Shown: positions 34,845-46,989, counted from the first letter of the whole stretch. The stretch: DNA of 54,530 bases, filler included, from Sphacelaria rigidula (GCA_964200075.2; 5 parts of 5 records of this genome joined end to end with filler, not necessarily neighbours in it), one strand, 5' to 3'. The notes: a model not told the origin generated them from the letters alone. Numbers and translations are program-made.

Positions 34845-35113
34845 TCCTTGAGACGAGTCCGTGGTCTCAAGGGATCAGCTCTTCTCTCCCCGGTACACAC
34901 CTTGCATTTGGGTCTCGCGGATCAGGTCTCCCCCACCGCGTCACCTCACGTCAAACAAAACTCAGTCAAGTTCTTCGTTTCCTCACATTCTCACGCTTCC
35001 CACGATGGAAATCACATACTACGAAGAAAAACCCCATCACATCGGCGGGAATCGAACCCTCGTTTCCTCCACCCTAATGGCGACAGTTGAACCAGTGCAC
35101 CATCGAGGCACGG
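34845..35113 (-). mobile_element. Second tRNA-derived SINE family (single copy in this window)
   Basis: Minus-strand A-box-like TGGTGCACTGG and B box GGTTCGATTCC followed by an unrelated body. Confidence 0.55.
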
Positions 35114-35387
35114 TGAAACATGCGACCATATGTTTTTGTTGTTTTTGTCTTGTTTTTTTTTCCTAGTTGTTTTTTCTTTTCATTTTTTTGTGTCGTTGGT
35201 TTCAGTTTCAGTCCGGTTGCTTTTTGTGGCTAAGTCATATCTGTGCTACGTTTTGATGCCGACTTCTCTTTTTTTCCGTGTATTGGACGTTTCATTTGTA
35301 TTTGCGTTCTTCTTTTTTTGCTTTTCCGTTTTCGTTTTTTTGCTTTATTTTTTGCTCCTACTTTTGCTTTTGATTTGCTTATTCCAG

Positions 35388-35490
35388 GTATTGCTTGGAT
35401 TCGAAGAAGAACAACGGACCGAATAAGTTGAGGCAGCCTTGCATCAAGCGACGTTGCCGGAACATGCCGGGGGATGCCATAGACTGGGCA
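35388..35490 (+). CDS. CXXC-WSD chromatin protein, exon c (second half of zf-CXXC)
   Basis: TTCCAG / GCA|GTAAGT; KYCLDSKKNNGPNKLRQPCIKRRCRNMPGDAIDWA; absent from the ORF track in this frame. Confidence 0.9.
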
Positions 35491-35861
35491 GTAAGTGTTT
35501 TTTAGGATGGGAAGGGAGGGGTGTTTATTCATGATTTTGCACATCGTGGTCGTACGACCATTGCCCACGCATCCCTACAAAGCGGAATCAAGAATGGAGC
35601 TTTCTACTATTTTATATGGATGTTTTTATTGTAGTCTATCCCGCATCTGACTCTTTTTTTTTCGAAAAGGAAAATTCTCGGAAGTGTATGATCTCTACAC
35701 CCTGGACGGTGACAAAGTATTACCTTGTGAAGAAATGTATCAGGTACAGTAGGGAATCTATTGCATACGGCAATAGACACACACAAACACAACTACAAGA
35801 TGATTATCTCGAATCACGTAGCTGATTGCAATACGCCAGCTCGTGATCAGAAAAAGAAATC

Positions 35862-35870
35862 ATAATAATA

Positions 35871-35916
<46 letters not shown>
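35862..35916. repeat. (TAA)n microsatellite
   Basis: Direct reading. Confidence 0.95.
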
Positions 35917-35917
<1 letters not shown>

Positions 35918-36212
35918 GTAAAGAAAGGAATACAAGAAACAAAAAGACAACCAGGCTCGTTTCCGGGAGAGGGGGGGGCACTGTTCAAAAGTCGAGTCAA
36001 ATCAGGGCTCCCCACGTGGCTTCCCACCGTAGTACTAGCCTGGCTTAGCTTTTGACGGCTTTTGACGTGAAACGGGAACGTAACGAGTGAAACGTGTAGA
36101 CCGTTAAAAACAACAAAACCCGTTCCCATTCATTTACCTAAACCATAGTATCGATCCATACGAATGCTGAAATTGTGTTTTTTTCTCCTGTTTTTTGTGT
36201 CTTGATTTTTAG

Positions 36213-36359
36213 GAGGCGTTTTTGCCCGACCGAGGGGAGAACACCCAGGCCGAGGGAGAGTGTGAGTACTGCTGCAAGCGGGACAAGGAGCTGTGCAGCC
36301 CTATGGTGTATGATTTGAACGCAGAGGAGGCGGAGGAGTTTCTCAACGCACAGGAGGCG
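36213..36359 (+). CDS. CXXC-WSD chromatin protein, exon d
   Basis: TTTTTAG / GCG|GTGCGT, 147 bp, phases 0-0; EGECEYCCKRDKELCSP. Confidence 0.82.
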
Positions 36360-37553
36360 GTGCGTATCACTACAACTGGATGATTGAATGTAAAAGCCGT
36401 ATGTCCATTATGCGTTGCTTGCAACGTGTTGGTGCGTTTTCTTGTTTTCTTGATGTCCTGATTTGTATTTTTATTTTTATTTTATCGTTATTTATTTTTT
36501 TATTTCTATTTGTGTGTTTTTGTTTTATTTACGTCTTGCGTCGATTTATTACTTTTATTATATGGTTTTGGTCACGCCTTGCATGATTTGATTTTTTTGT
36601 CGATGCTCCAGCGATTTCTTGTTCTATGTTTTTCCTTCTCTTTCCCCGTTTTCCCTTCCCCCCCCGCTCCCCTTTTTTTTCTCCTTTTTTCCACCGTAGA
36701 GTCCATGTTGAGTACTGTTATCTGTGGTGGTGATGATGGGAGGAAACAAGGCAGAGGAGCTCCTTGTTGATAACAAGCAAGTAGATTTTTTAATTGACTC
36801 GCAGGTTTGCTCCTCCGTTGTTTTCCCGACGGGATACTTTTACTCCCCCTTCCCTTTTTATTGTTCATTTCATTGGTGGTATCCCACTTATAGAGTTGAG
36901 AAAATTTGTTTGTTTATTTTTTGACAAAGTGACTGATCTGTCGACGTGCTGTATTGTTTTCATAAAGTACACGCAGTCCCGAAAAATTATTCTTGTTTTC
37001 ACTCGAAACAACTGTCATGCACAACTCAAGGTTCGCTGATAGGACACTGCAAAGTTCTTGAAAGTGTATCATAATCAACTTCATGACATGCACGTTGACA
37101 AAAGATATCATGAAAAAATATATATATTTCCGAAACTTCTGTTCATTATGATTAGTTGTTGTTATGGTGGTGGTGGTGGTGGTGGTCATTGTCGTCGTCG
37201 TTGTGGTCGTTTTCATAATTTATCATCACATGTCTACGTATCCTTCCTTCTGTTACTCCAATTCATCAGGATTTGTTTTGATTCATAAGGAGAACTTGTG
37301 CTGGTCAGATTGTATCACACACTCCAGAGTAAAGAATAATAAATATATTATGTTGAAATCATACATCAAGTCAAGCTACGAATCCATCAATGCGTTCGTA
37401 AATTCAACACCAAGCGATTTCAAACACTGTCGCATGACAATGTTACATCATATTCCAATTATGGTGCTTCCTTTTTCGTTTTTTCTCTCTTTTTGTTGTT
37501 GTTGCTTTTCCTTCACGGATGACGTATGCGCAATGAAAAATAAATTGCGCCAG

Positions 37554-37730
37554 GAATACACGGAGAACAACGGGGGGGGGAACTCGGAGGGGGCGCACCG
37601 AAAGGTCCGGTTCCCGCGGTTTCAGAAGGTGAAACTGAGGTCGACTGCGTCATCCACCAGAGATTCAGGTCCCGTCGTGCACGAGGTTTGCGCGCAGAGC
37701 ATGTTCAGGGCTCGAGCGGAGCGAGCACAG
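37554..37730 (+). CDS. CXXC-WSD chromatin protein, exon e
   Basis: GCCAG / CAG|GTTCGG, 177 bp, phases 0-0; VVHEVCAQSMF. Confidence 0.78.
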
Positions 37731-39830
37731 GTTCGGTTTTTGTTTCTTGAGGCTTTTTGTGTGTTTGGGGAGAGAGTTCTAGAGCTTCGCGATCACAAGT
37801 TGAGTTGATTCGTTGTTGTTGTTGTTGTTGTAGTAGTTATTGTGTTGTCTTCACATTAAAAACCGTTACGATATCTGCGCGGTACATTCGCACTGGGAAT
37901 CTGACACGGACGCCTTCCGTGGTCACAGGCTAGCTACCTACAAAAAGGTATGAGGAAATCAAACAAAGCCAAAAAAGACAAGATGGAGCTAGATTAAAAC
38001 TCACCAAACGCGAAATAAGTAAAACAGGGATAACTATTAAATAGAAGAAAGAGAATGCACGTGGCTAACATCGGAAGTGCCGGTGTCGCAGGTGGCCATT
38101 CGGATTTCAGGGGGTGGCACCCCGCTTTCCAACTCGACGCGCGAGGCCAAGTAGAAATGAACATAGCGTCCGACTACGGGCGAGACTCAAGGCCCCAAAT
38201 ACCACCAACCAAAGAAGTAAGAATCGCAAGGCTCCATCTTCCGACCTCTCGAGAGACAGCCATACGTACAAGCATACCAGGTGTATCAGGACAAGCACTG
38301 CATGGCATAACGACACCCCTATCGGGGGGGTTCACCCCCCACCCACCCCCCTTCTCTGGACCGTCGTTATTGCTGTGCTATTTGGGCTTCGTTGGTCTCC
38401 CGTTCAATCGCACGCAGTCGGTTGGTCTCCTCTTCATTTCTGTGCCACGAGACCATGAACCTCTCCGCTCCCTGCAGCACTCCCGCGTGCCACGGCAACC
38501 CCCCCCCCCTCCTTGTTTGCTGCTGAGAGCCACAGGACGCGGTCAATTCCAGTATTTGAAAAAAATGGAAGAACAAAATGCTGCTTAATCTGAGAGTTTT
38601 TTCCCTTGTGATACTTGCAATGGAAAAGTGCTGCTGATTTCGAGGCGTTTTTTTTTTGACGACATATGATTGATCGTTTGCAGCTTCCAAGGACCACTGT
38701 TTTGCCCAAGGCGTGCTTTTCAGACCCGCGACCGCTTTCAATTGGCGGTAATATCGCGAAAATTCTGTATCGCACCTCAATCCTTCCACGTGTGGTGAGG
38801 GGATTTCTGTATGCTTTCCAAAACTGTCGCAGCCTGAAACCAGTTATCATATATGAAGTGATGCATGCATATGGGCGACAGTGACGAAAACGATCTCAAG
38901 GGTGGGAGGTCTCAGCTGCTCGTATGCTCGGCTTTTGTCACTTATTTTGATTTTTATGTAGAATTTACCTCCTCAAACCAACCACTTCTCTGTGGTGTGA
39001 GCTATTGCGGCATCAGTCCCTGGCGAGGCTGTTGCAGATGAGTAGCCATACGAGCACAACCCACGCGTGCCATTGTGGTATGCTCAGATGTCGAACAAAT
39101 TCCAGACTTGTGAGTACCAAATGACAGCAATAGATCTACGATATCAATGAAAGGACCGCGCATGATCAGTCGATCGCCCATATGGGCGATCATGGACGAA
39201 AAAGCGTACCGGCCGACCGAGCAAAGGCCAGAACGACCAGAGACAAAAGCCAGTGGCTGTAATGAAGATGAGCGAGAGGGGAAAGCGTGCGTGCTCTGCC
39301 TACCCAGGCCACGAGCCTTTTTACTTGCTACCCGCGAGCCCTCAACACGCGTGTTTCAGAAGAGCATGTTGGTTACCGGTACGAGGCACACCTTGCACGA
39401 AGGCAAACTTCCAAGGTTGTGTTTTCTAGGGTATTCACGATTGGGTATGCTTATGGTTTCTGCGGGAGATCTTTTCCACCAAAACCGTGTGCTAGAGAGG
39501 CCAACTATTCCTATGTTTTTTTCTTTTTTGGTTTACGCTGTCTATCTTGTACCCTTTTTCTCCTGTTTCTTCTTCACTATTCTTCGGGAAGTGTGTCAGT
39601 TTTGTTTTGTCTCGAGTACGTATATCATGCGGCCATGGCTGGATCCCTGGAGCTCCAGTTACAGTTGGATAATCAGTTGAAAAAAAATCGGATCAAACCT
39701 GCTGAAATTCGGGTATACTTATTCTCAGGTACGAAAAAGGGTATCTTATCGGTGAAAAAATACCCTTCCGAATCATGCCGGAGTGTTCGAGGCAGGGCTC
39801 GATACCCTGCGGAACCGCTCCGGAATTTCC

Positions 39831-40007
39831 CACACCCTGGACAATGTATGGTCAATATATGTAGTGGAAAAAATATGCACTGGATAAAGTATAGGCCTAA
39901 TTGCAACTAATGACGGCCGACAATAGTTGCAATAGGCCTATACCTTGCCCAGTACACTTCTTGTCTGTTGCATCTGTTGATCATATATTGTCCAGGTCCA
40001 GGATGTG
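39831..40007. mobile_element. Hairpin MITE, TIR CACACCCTGGACAA family
   Basis: Near-palindromic over its length (TATAGGCCTA..TTGCAACTA / TAGTTGCAATAGGCCTATA); relatives at 8600-8996, 35697-35790, 40340-40513, 47536-47673. Confidence 0.75.
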
Positions 40008-41136
40008 GAATTTTCGGTACACGTTCCGGCATGGCTTGGTAGACCAACCAAGAATTCCCCACTTCCGCGTGTGCCCTACAGAAGGTACCCTTGCCATATT
40101 CCACGATTCGGACGAATTCTGCCGGTTCGAATCACCAACTCCACGATTTTCAGGCCTGATTTCTCGAAAGACGGAAGAAAAGGTTGAGCTCTGGTCAAAA
40201 AGGTCACAACGCAATTTTTGCGCGATTCCACGTGCCTGGGCTGCGCGTACCTGGGTTGCAACATTGAAAACACTAATATTACGTAATTTAGAGACGAGTC
40301 ATTCATTCGTCCGACCCTTGCAATGTTTCACATCTTATTGTAGACAAGACATGGTCAATAATTGTAATATAAATAGAAATATACTGTGTAAGTATAGGTC
40401 TATTGCAACTATTGACGACAATAACAATAGTCAATAGTCGCAATAGATCTATACTTTACGCAGTACATTTTTTGTCTATTGCAACCATTGACTATATATT
40501 GTCCAAGGTGTGCAGTATTTCATTCGGATTTTCTCGTTGAATCAACGAATAACACGCGCGCACACATTCGTCTCCACCGCTTGATAATGACCTTTTTTTT
40601 TCACAAAAAGGTCAGATGCGTGGCAAATGCGTGCGATCGCGTAACACATCCATAGATCTCCTTGCTTCGTGCAATCGACCCCCTCCCACCCCCATCCCAA
40701 CCCCGCTATCCTAGGATTACTAGGCTTGTAGAGGGTGCTCGAGCATAGTTAGTTTTGATTTGTAGAGTGACGAATATTTTTATACGAATAAAATAAGCTG
40801 ATTTATTGATCAGTTTATTGATAAATTATCGCACATGAACTGATCCTTGAGGTACCAAATCATGGTTGGTCACAAAGTCAACGTGCCAAAGGTGAACAAC
40901 ACGGAAAACACTCGTTAAAGAAGAAATATGGGAAAGGGAGGATGGAGGGAAGGGAGAGGAGAGGAGCACACAATAGAAAAGAACGGAACAAACGGAGTAA
41001 TAAAAGTGAACTACGGACAAAAAAAAAGGGAGAGAGAAGGAGAGAAAGAAAAACTTGTTTTTTTTTCCCGCAATATCATGTTCTTTATCCCCTCGCCCCC
41101 CTCCGCCCGCCCCCTACCCCTCTCTCTCCTATACAG

Positions 41137-41305
41137 CATAAGATGCGAGCACTGGGAGAGCAGGCTGTGGAAGAGGCAATACGCCTCGGGGGATATCGGA
41201 CCCTGCCGCTGGGCCGAGATCGTCATGGCCGCTTTTACTTCAGATTTGCAGGCGACCCGAAACGGGTTTTCGTTACGCACAAGATTCAAAAGGGGGACGA
41301 GGAAG
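41137..41305 (+). CDS. CXXC-WSD chromatin protein, exon f (WHIM2/WSD motif)
   Basis: TACAG / AAG|GTCAGT; RTLPLGRDRHGRFYFRFAGDPKRVFV matches R-x2-PLG-x-DR-x2-R-x-Y[WF]. Confidence 0.88.
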
Positions 41306-41519
41306 GTCAGTGCTATACACGCCATTTTCCAATGATGTTACTGAATTGGTGTGACTTTTTTTTATTTTTTATTGTCAGCTGCGTTTTGGCCTGGGTCAGG
41401 TATGTTTCTCTTCCAAGGACGGAGGCCGGGGGGGGGGGACAAAAAATGTTGACGTTGATGTATGGACCGGATGTGGATGTGGATGTGGATGTGGATGTGA
41501 TTCGATCGGTCGTCTGCGC

Positions 41520-41935
41520 GTTTTGTTTTGCGGTAACCATGATGGTGGTCGAGCTAGGTATTGTTGTGCGGGGTGGATAACCTGAAGTCTGCGGAAAGGG
41601 ATGGTCGTAATACGTAGTGGGTCTATAGTGAGACACCCATGAGGCAGTGTAAAAGCTTTGGCTGTCTCTGGAAGTGGCGATGCCAGAAAATGAAGCAACT
41701 CATTGTAGGCTGTCATGCATATGCAAGATGATCAGTACGCTTCGGGCCGATCAATCTTAGGAGGATGCAGCTCACCCTTCATGCGACTCGCCCAACGCAT
41801 CACGGTGCTTCGCGCTTGGTTATTGATTGTGAGGCAGATCCGTCGAAAACCCGGCGTGCTCCATCCCCACTTTGCAGGGATGTGAGGTCAATGGTTTTAA
41901 TACTAAGGCATGCAAGATCATCATTACCTCCTCCC
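41520..41935 (+). mobile_element. Copy of the ~510-bp element (intronic)
   Basis: Shares GCTGTCTCTGGAAGTGGCGAT, GATGCAGCTCACCCTTC and CACGGTGCTTCGCGCTTGGT with 4470-4985. Confidence 0.8.
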
Positions 41936-42540
41936 CAAGAAAAAAAAGGGGAAAAGGTTGCGATTAACTCATTTGCCTGAAATGAACAGGAATTCATCAA
42001 CTTTCGGTCACCCTATTTGTGGGTTTGTCGGATAACTTTTTTGGCCCCTGGTATGAGACGGGCTACGGATATGTGTGTCGTTTTAGTCATTCGACACCAG
42101 TCCCACCAGTCCCCCGTGCCCCGTGCCCTTTGCCCCCCCCCCCCCCCCCCCCCCCCCCTCCACCCACATACTTTCTATGCTCCGTGNNNNNNNNNNCCCC
42201 CCCCGCCCCCCCTCCGTCCTTTTACTCTTTCCCCCCCCGCCCCCCCCGCCCCCCCCCCCCCGGGCCCTTTTCCCCCCCCCCCCCCCCTCCTTCCCCTGAC
42301 AAAAGAGGAACGTTTGAGCTATGGAGGCGCCGTATATCACACACGAACACGGCGTGGCGTCGCGTGCGTGACATGACGTGGCATGTTGCAAGGGAGAAGG
42401 GGCGGGAGGTTATACGGGAGTTATGAAAGCATGTTGGAAAAATTGTGTATCTTCGCAAAAAAATCCTTGGGGACGGCTTACGTTGTGTAACATGAAACCA
42501 TGCCTTGTCATCGTCATGCCGCGCGTGTGCATGATTTCAG

Positions 42541-43409
42541 GTTTGTATGAGATCACCTTCAGGAACAGCAGAGGATCGGAAGACAGCACGATGGATGTGG
42601 ACGGAGGGGACGATAAGCAGACGCAACATCCCCACCGTCTTCCGCCGCCGCCGTTATTAAGCAAAAATCCGCCCCCGAAAGACCTCGCTGTCTACCAAAC
42701 CGAAGCCGACATTCGCGCCCTCATTGCCTGGCTCAACGAGAGCGGACAGCGAGAAGGTTATCTCCGCGCCGCTCTACTCCGCGCCTTCCCCTGGTCGCAG
42801 ACGTCTCAGTCACCGATGGATGAAGGCGAGACGACAGGGGAAGCTTCCTCTGGTGGAGGAGGAAGCGTAGCCAGGGGGTCTGGATATGACAGTCACCCTG
42901 GCGACGAATCAACGACCGTCTCCGTGCCGGCGGTGGGTGGCGAAGTAACAGTAGGTCGGGAGGGTAGTAGCAGTTGTGTGGGTGGTATCTTAGACAGGAG
43001 AACCAAAGGAGACGCCGACGCGGATAGTGCCAACAGTGAGGTTGGATCGAACGGCCCCGCTCACTGTGATAATGGTGACTATGGGGGAGGTCGCAGAGAC
43101 GGGGAATCAACGGCAGTAAGTAGAACTGAGAAAGAGAAGAGCAGTACTGGAGCAGCGGGCGGCGAAGCCAGCGGCGGCGGTACTGCTAGTGTCACCGACG
43201 GCAGGCGGCGGGGGCGCGGCGGCAACGGCTCTGGCGAGCCGCGGGTTACGTTGGCGCACCCGAAGCGGAGCCAGGAGCTACCACAGTTGTTGGCGGAGGG
43301 GAAAGTGGAACTCAGGATGGCGGTGAACCCCCCCGGTGCGCATGGGAATGTGATGATGCCGGCGTCGGAGGCTGTTGTTGAGTTTGAGAATGATGCGGCG
43401 GCAGATCAG
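42541..43409 (+). CDS. CXXC-WSD chromatin protein, exon g (WHIM3 motif plus disordered region)
   Basis: TTTCAG / CAG|GTACGG, phases 1-0; VYQTEADIRALIAWLNESGQREGYLRAAL matches the WHIM3 G-x-RE-x2-L pattern. Confidence 0.87.
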
Positions 43410-43605
43410 GTACGGTCGGGTCTGGGGTGTTTGTTTTATTTTCATATGTAGTTAGGTTCCGAAGGTTGGTTCGAGATTTCTCTTTGTATCGGTTACACTG
43501 TGGATTGATCTAGGATGGTTTGCGATGACTGGTTACGGGGAACGCTGGTTTAAGAGTAGACGAGGAAAAATTGGGCGTGGTGCAGATAGGTGGGAAAGCG
43601 GGGAG

Positions 43606-43705
43606 NNNNNNNNNNNNNNNNNNNNNNNNNNNNNNNNNNNNNNNNNNNNTTAATTAATTAANNNNNNNNNNNNNNNNNNNNNNNNNNNNNNNNNNNNNNN
43701 NNNNN
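43606..43705. other. Artificial 100-bp contig linker
   Basis: Same structure, core at 43650-43661. Confidence 0.97.
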
Positions 43706-43871
43706 ATTCCACGTGTCTGGGCTGCGTGTAACTGGGTTGCAACGCTGAAAACAAAGCCTAGGGATTGATTCGTCACGAGTTGACTAATAATACTAAAACC
43801 AAGTAATTTTTAAACGAATCATTATTTTTCCCACCCTTGGAATTTTTGCAAAAATGCTTCTTCGGGCCCTT

Positions 43872-44255
43872 GTGTGTGAGTGTGTGTGTGTGTTCATGTG
43901 TGTATGTGTGAGTGTGTGTGAGGGTTGTCCCATTTATTTTGGACGCCGGTCTGCACCTTTCGGTATATGTGGGCGCACCAGCCGGGACCACACAGGAGAA
44001 AGGTCAACACAATCTTTTTTTTTATAGTATCCCACCTTCCTTCTGCGGTGCTTGCCTTTATTCTTCATCGCGAGAGGGCTTCAGCAGTCCCTTTCCCTCG
44101 TCGGCCATCAAGTCGAATTTTGTGTACCCACAACATAGTCGCTCTCCACTGTTGGGCATTGTGCGAGAAAAACTCCCAGATCGCTCGAGATTTGAACCTA
44201 CGACCCAACCATCAGAAGGTTTCGAGGTTACCAACTAAGCCACCGGGGCGACCGG
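43872..44255 (-). mobile_element. tRNA-derived SINE with (CA)n tail
   Basis: Minus-strand head GCCCCGGTGGCTTAGTTGGTA (A box) ... GGTTCAAATC (B box), ~280-bp body shared with other copies, (TG)n on the plus strand. Confidence 0.85.
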
Positions 44256-45096
44256 CAGACCCTTGAAACAAAAAATGTACGAACCATAGGTGCACCGTGT
44301 ATGATTGCTTGAGGTCGCTCGTTCAGCCAGCAAATAATACTGTGGAGAAGCTGCCACAATATTAGTTCAACTGTGCTCTTTAAAATAGAGTCTCTAGTTT
44401 CTATTATAGAACAAGCAATACTAGATCGAGGCCGCACCACTCATCTCACAGTAGTTGTAGTCCGGCCACTTTTTACCACATATGATACACACTAATGCAT
44501 ATATGATATGCGCTGCTGATGTGAAGGGTGCAACTTTCAACACCGGAACCACTAACAGAGCATCACCGCTCCCCCAGCTCTCTCCGCCCAATCTACCAAG
44601 ACGGAACCCCGAGCCTGAAGATTGAACCCCCCCCCCCTCCCCCTCCCCCTCCCTTTCCCCCTGCCCTCAGGTCTCGGTACTTCGATGTCCAGCCGTTTCC
44701 TTCAAACTACGACTGTAATAACGTCGTATCACCCATCTCCTACTGGAAAAAACCATCAGATCGAATCAACGAACGTTTCTCGGCAACCTCACTTGGAGCC
44801 CGTTGGTTGCACTTCCATGATCATGACCACGGCTTCGCACGAGAGCGAACTGCGACGTGTACCTGTCGAGACTTCATTTTCAATACCTCAGCCTTCTACA
44901 TATTTTCTTCCACGGCACGGTGCACCACGTTCGGACCCCACCGGTAAATTCCTCCCATCTATACGTCATCTTCCTCTAACCCATTTTTCCCCCAACCACG
45001 TTACCCAGAATTTGTCGGTATGGCTTATGGTGTATAACCCAACATACTGTAGTAAACTTGCACACGCGGACACCCTGAGCATCATGAGTATTTGAA

Positions 45097-45370
45097 TGAT
45101 CCCGCGAGACCGCTCCCCCCATACAAGTGGCTGGTTTATGAGTCGAAATCTACATGTAAACCAAAATGACCAAAGCCGACCGCACCGAGCAGCTGGGAAC
45201 CCCCTCTGCTTGGGGTCGTTTTCGCCAATGTCGCCCATATCAGGCGCTTGATGAAAAACAGCAACTAGCTCAAGTATGATGCGCTGTACCGCCATTTTCT
45301 TCTTGACAGTTCTGGGGCTGGTTTGGGGGTTCCGGGTTTGGGGAGGGGGGGGGGGGGTTTCACGGCATCA
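45097..45370. mobile_element. MITE sharing the interior of the GACAC family but with different termini
   Basis: Interior AATCTACATGTAAA..AAAGCCGACCGCAC..GCTGGGAA..GCCAATGTCGCC..CAGGCGCT resembles 29130-29265; imperfect TIR TGATCCCGCGAGACC / GGTTTCACGGCATCA. Confidence 0.6.
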
Positions 45371-46456
45371 CTTATTTGCGTTATGTGTAAAACTAACACG
45401 AAAGTATAGGGTAAAAACCTGTCGTTCGGTTCAGAGTTGTCTATAAGAGATTGACACATGCGGTACGTACTCATACACCCCGCATTCCCCTTCCTCGCCG
45501 CACCCAATCAGAGGAAGGCCTCATTATTTCAGTCAAGTCACTCAGTGTTTTGCGTCAATATGCGAGTCTACAACAGACAGGAAATACGGGCACGCCCCTT
45601 TTCCCTGTCAAATTTCTTGAAGTTTGCCCTCCCCCTCCTCTTGAATCAACATCTTGTTCGAGGCAAGTCAACTAGAAACTGTGATTTCGCCGCGTCAAAC
45701 CTCCCACCGCAGCTCAATTTTGTGGTCTAGATTCTATCCATCATCCACCTATGATTTTTTTTCGCCGATCGAAGCTTCAAGCATGGCGCACTTTCGCTCT
45801 TGCTGCACTTGAAGAAGCTCGCCTATAAATCTCATTGTCGTGTCGCCCAAAATTCCTCATTTTTTGCCAATCGGATTTTCACAGGGAGTATACCGCAACT
45901 TCGTACTTGAAAACGTACTTGAAACGTGAAATAGAAATTCCATGTTGGGGGTTTCTCTCCCCCTCCCCCCGCTGCCGCCCGCAGGCAAATTACGAGACAA
46001 GACATGATTGATCATCACCAGGGACCGCTCAAAGGGAAGCAAATTATCCGTCTCCTGCAACGGAGACGCGTGGTCAACGGTCCAGCAGCCGAGGGCACTC
46101 CAAGCACACAAAAAGTACAGTATCATGTATGCCCCTTCTTGTCTCCCATCCCCCACGAGAGAAAGTTTGAGAAACAGAGATGCAATCCTTCCTCCCTCCT
46201 CCTTGTCCTCTTCCCGTTCATTGATGCGTATCGTCATGCTCCAGCTAGTGTAGGCGCTTCAGGTCTGTGAACATATTTTTGCATCTCTTGCATCTGTAAC
46301 CGGGTGAACGGGACAGAGAAGATAGCGAGGGGGGAAAACGTTAGCACAGGCGAGGGAGGAGAGAGCAACCTTGCAGCGATGACATATTTTACAGAAAGCG
46401 CGACGTTTATGCTGAGATCACTCGATACCATAATAGTACCAGTTATGATCCCAGTA

Positions 46457-46815
46457 TGTGTGTTGTGTGTCGTCGTCTCATTTACTCTGGGCGCCAGTCT
46501 ACACCTTTCGGTATATGTGGGCGCATCAGCCGGGGTCACGCAGAAGGAAGGTCAACACAAGAGCTTATTTTTTAGTTATTGTAAGTACCCCACCTTCATT
46601 TTGCGGTGCTTGCCTTTTATTTTTATCGCGAGAGGGCTTCAGTAGTCCCTTTCCCTCGTCGATCATTGAGTCGAATGTTGTGTACCCACGACAAAGTCGC
46701 TCTTCATCGTTGGGCATGGTGTAAGAAAAAATCCCAGATCGCTCCGGGAATCGAACCCCACTACTCAACCGTCAGAGGGTTACGAGGTTACCAACTGAGC
46801 CACCGGGGCGACCGG
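46457..46815 (-). mobile_element. tRNA-derived SINE (same family)
   Basis: A box TGGCTCAGTTGG, B box GGTTCGATTCC; body aligns with 43872-44255. Confidence 0.87.
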
Positions 46816-46989
46816 TATATTTCCAGTACTGCCTTGCTTTGCATTACATGCGTCGGTTGCATACTTGCTTGATCGGTCAGTTGTCACGCAGTCAGTGATC
46901 CTCTAGGAAAATTTAGCCGTGGTGACACGACATGGACGTACCCAAGGCGAACCAAAAGCGGAAAAACACTCGATAAAGGAAGCTCCGGA

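Noticed and set aside
42120-42300. Proline-rich (extensin/formin-like) ORFs here and at 8700-8900 and 32610-32680
   Set aside because: Translations of poly(C) runs beside gaps; no splice or compositional support
46740-46815. Functional tRNA-Gln(CTG) gene
   Set aside because: D-stem cannot pair, and the head is fused to a repeated body with a microsatellite tail, i.e. a SINE
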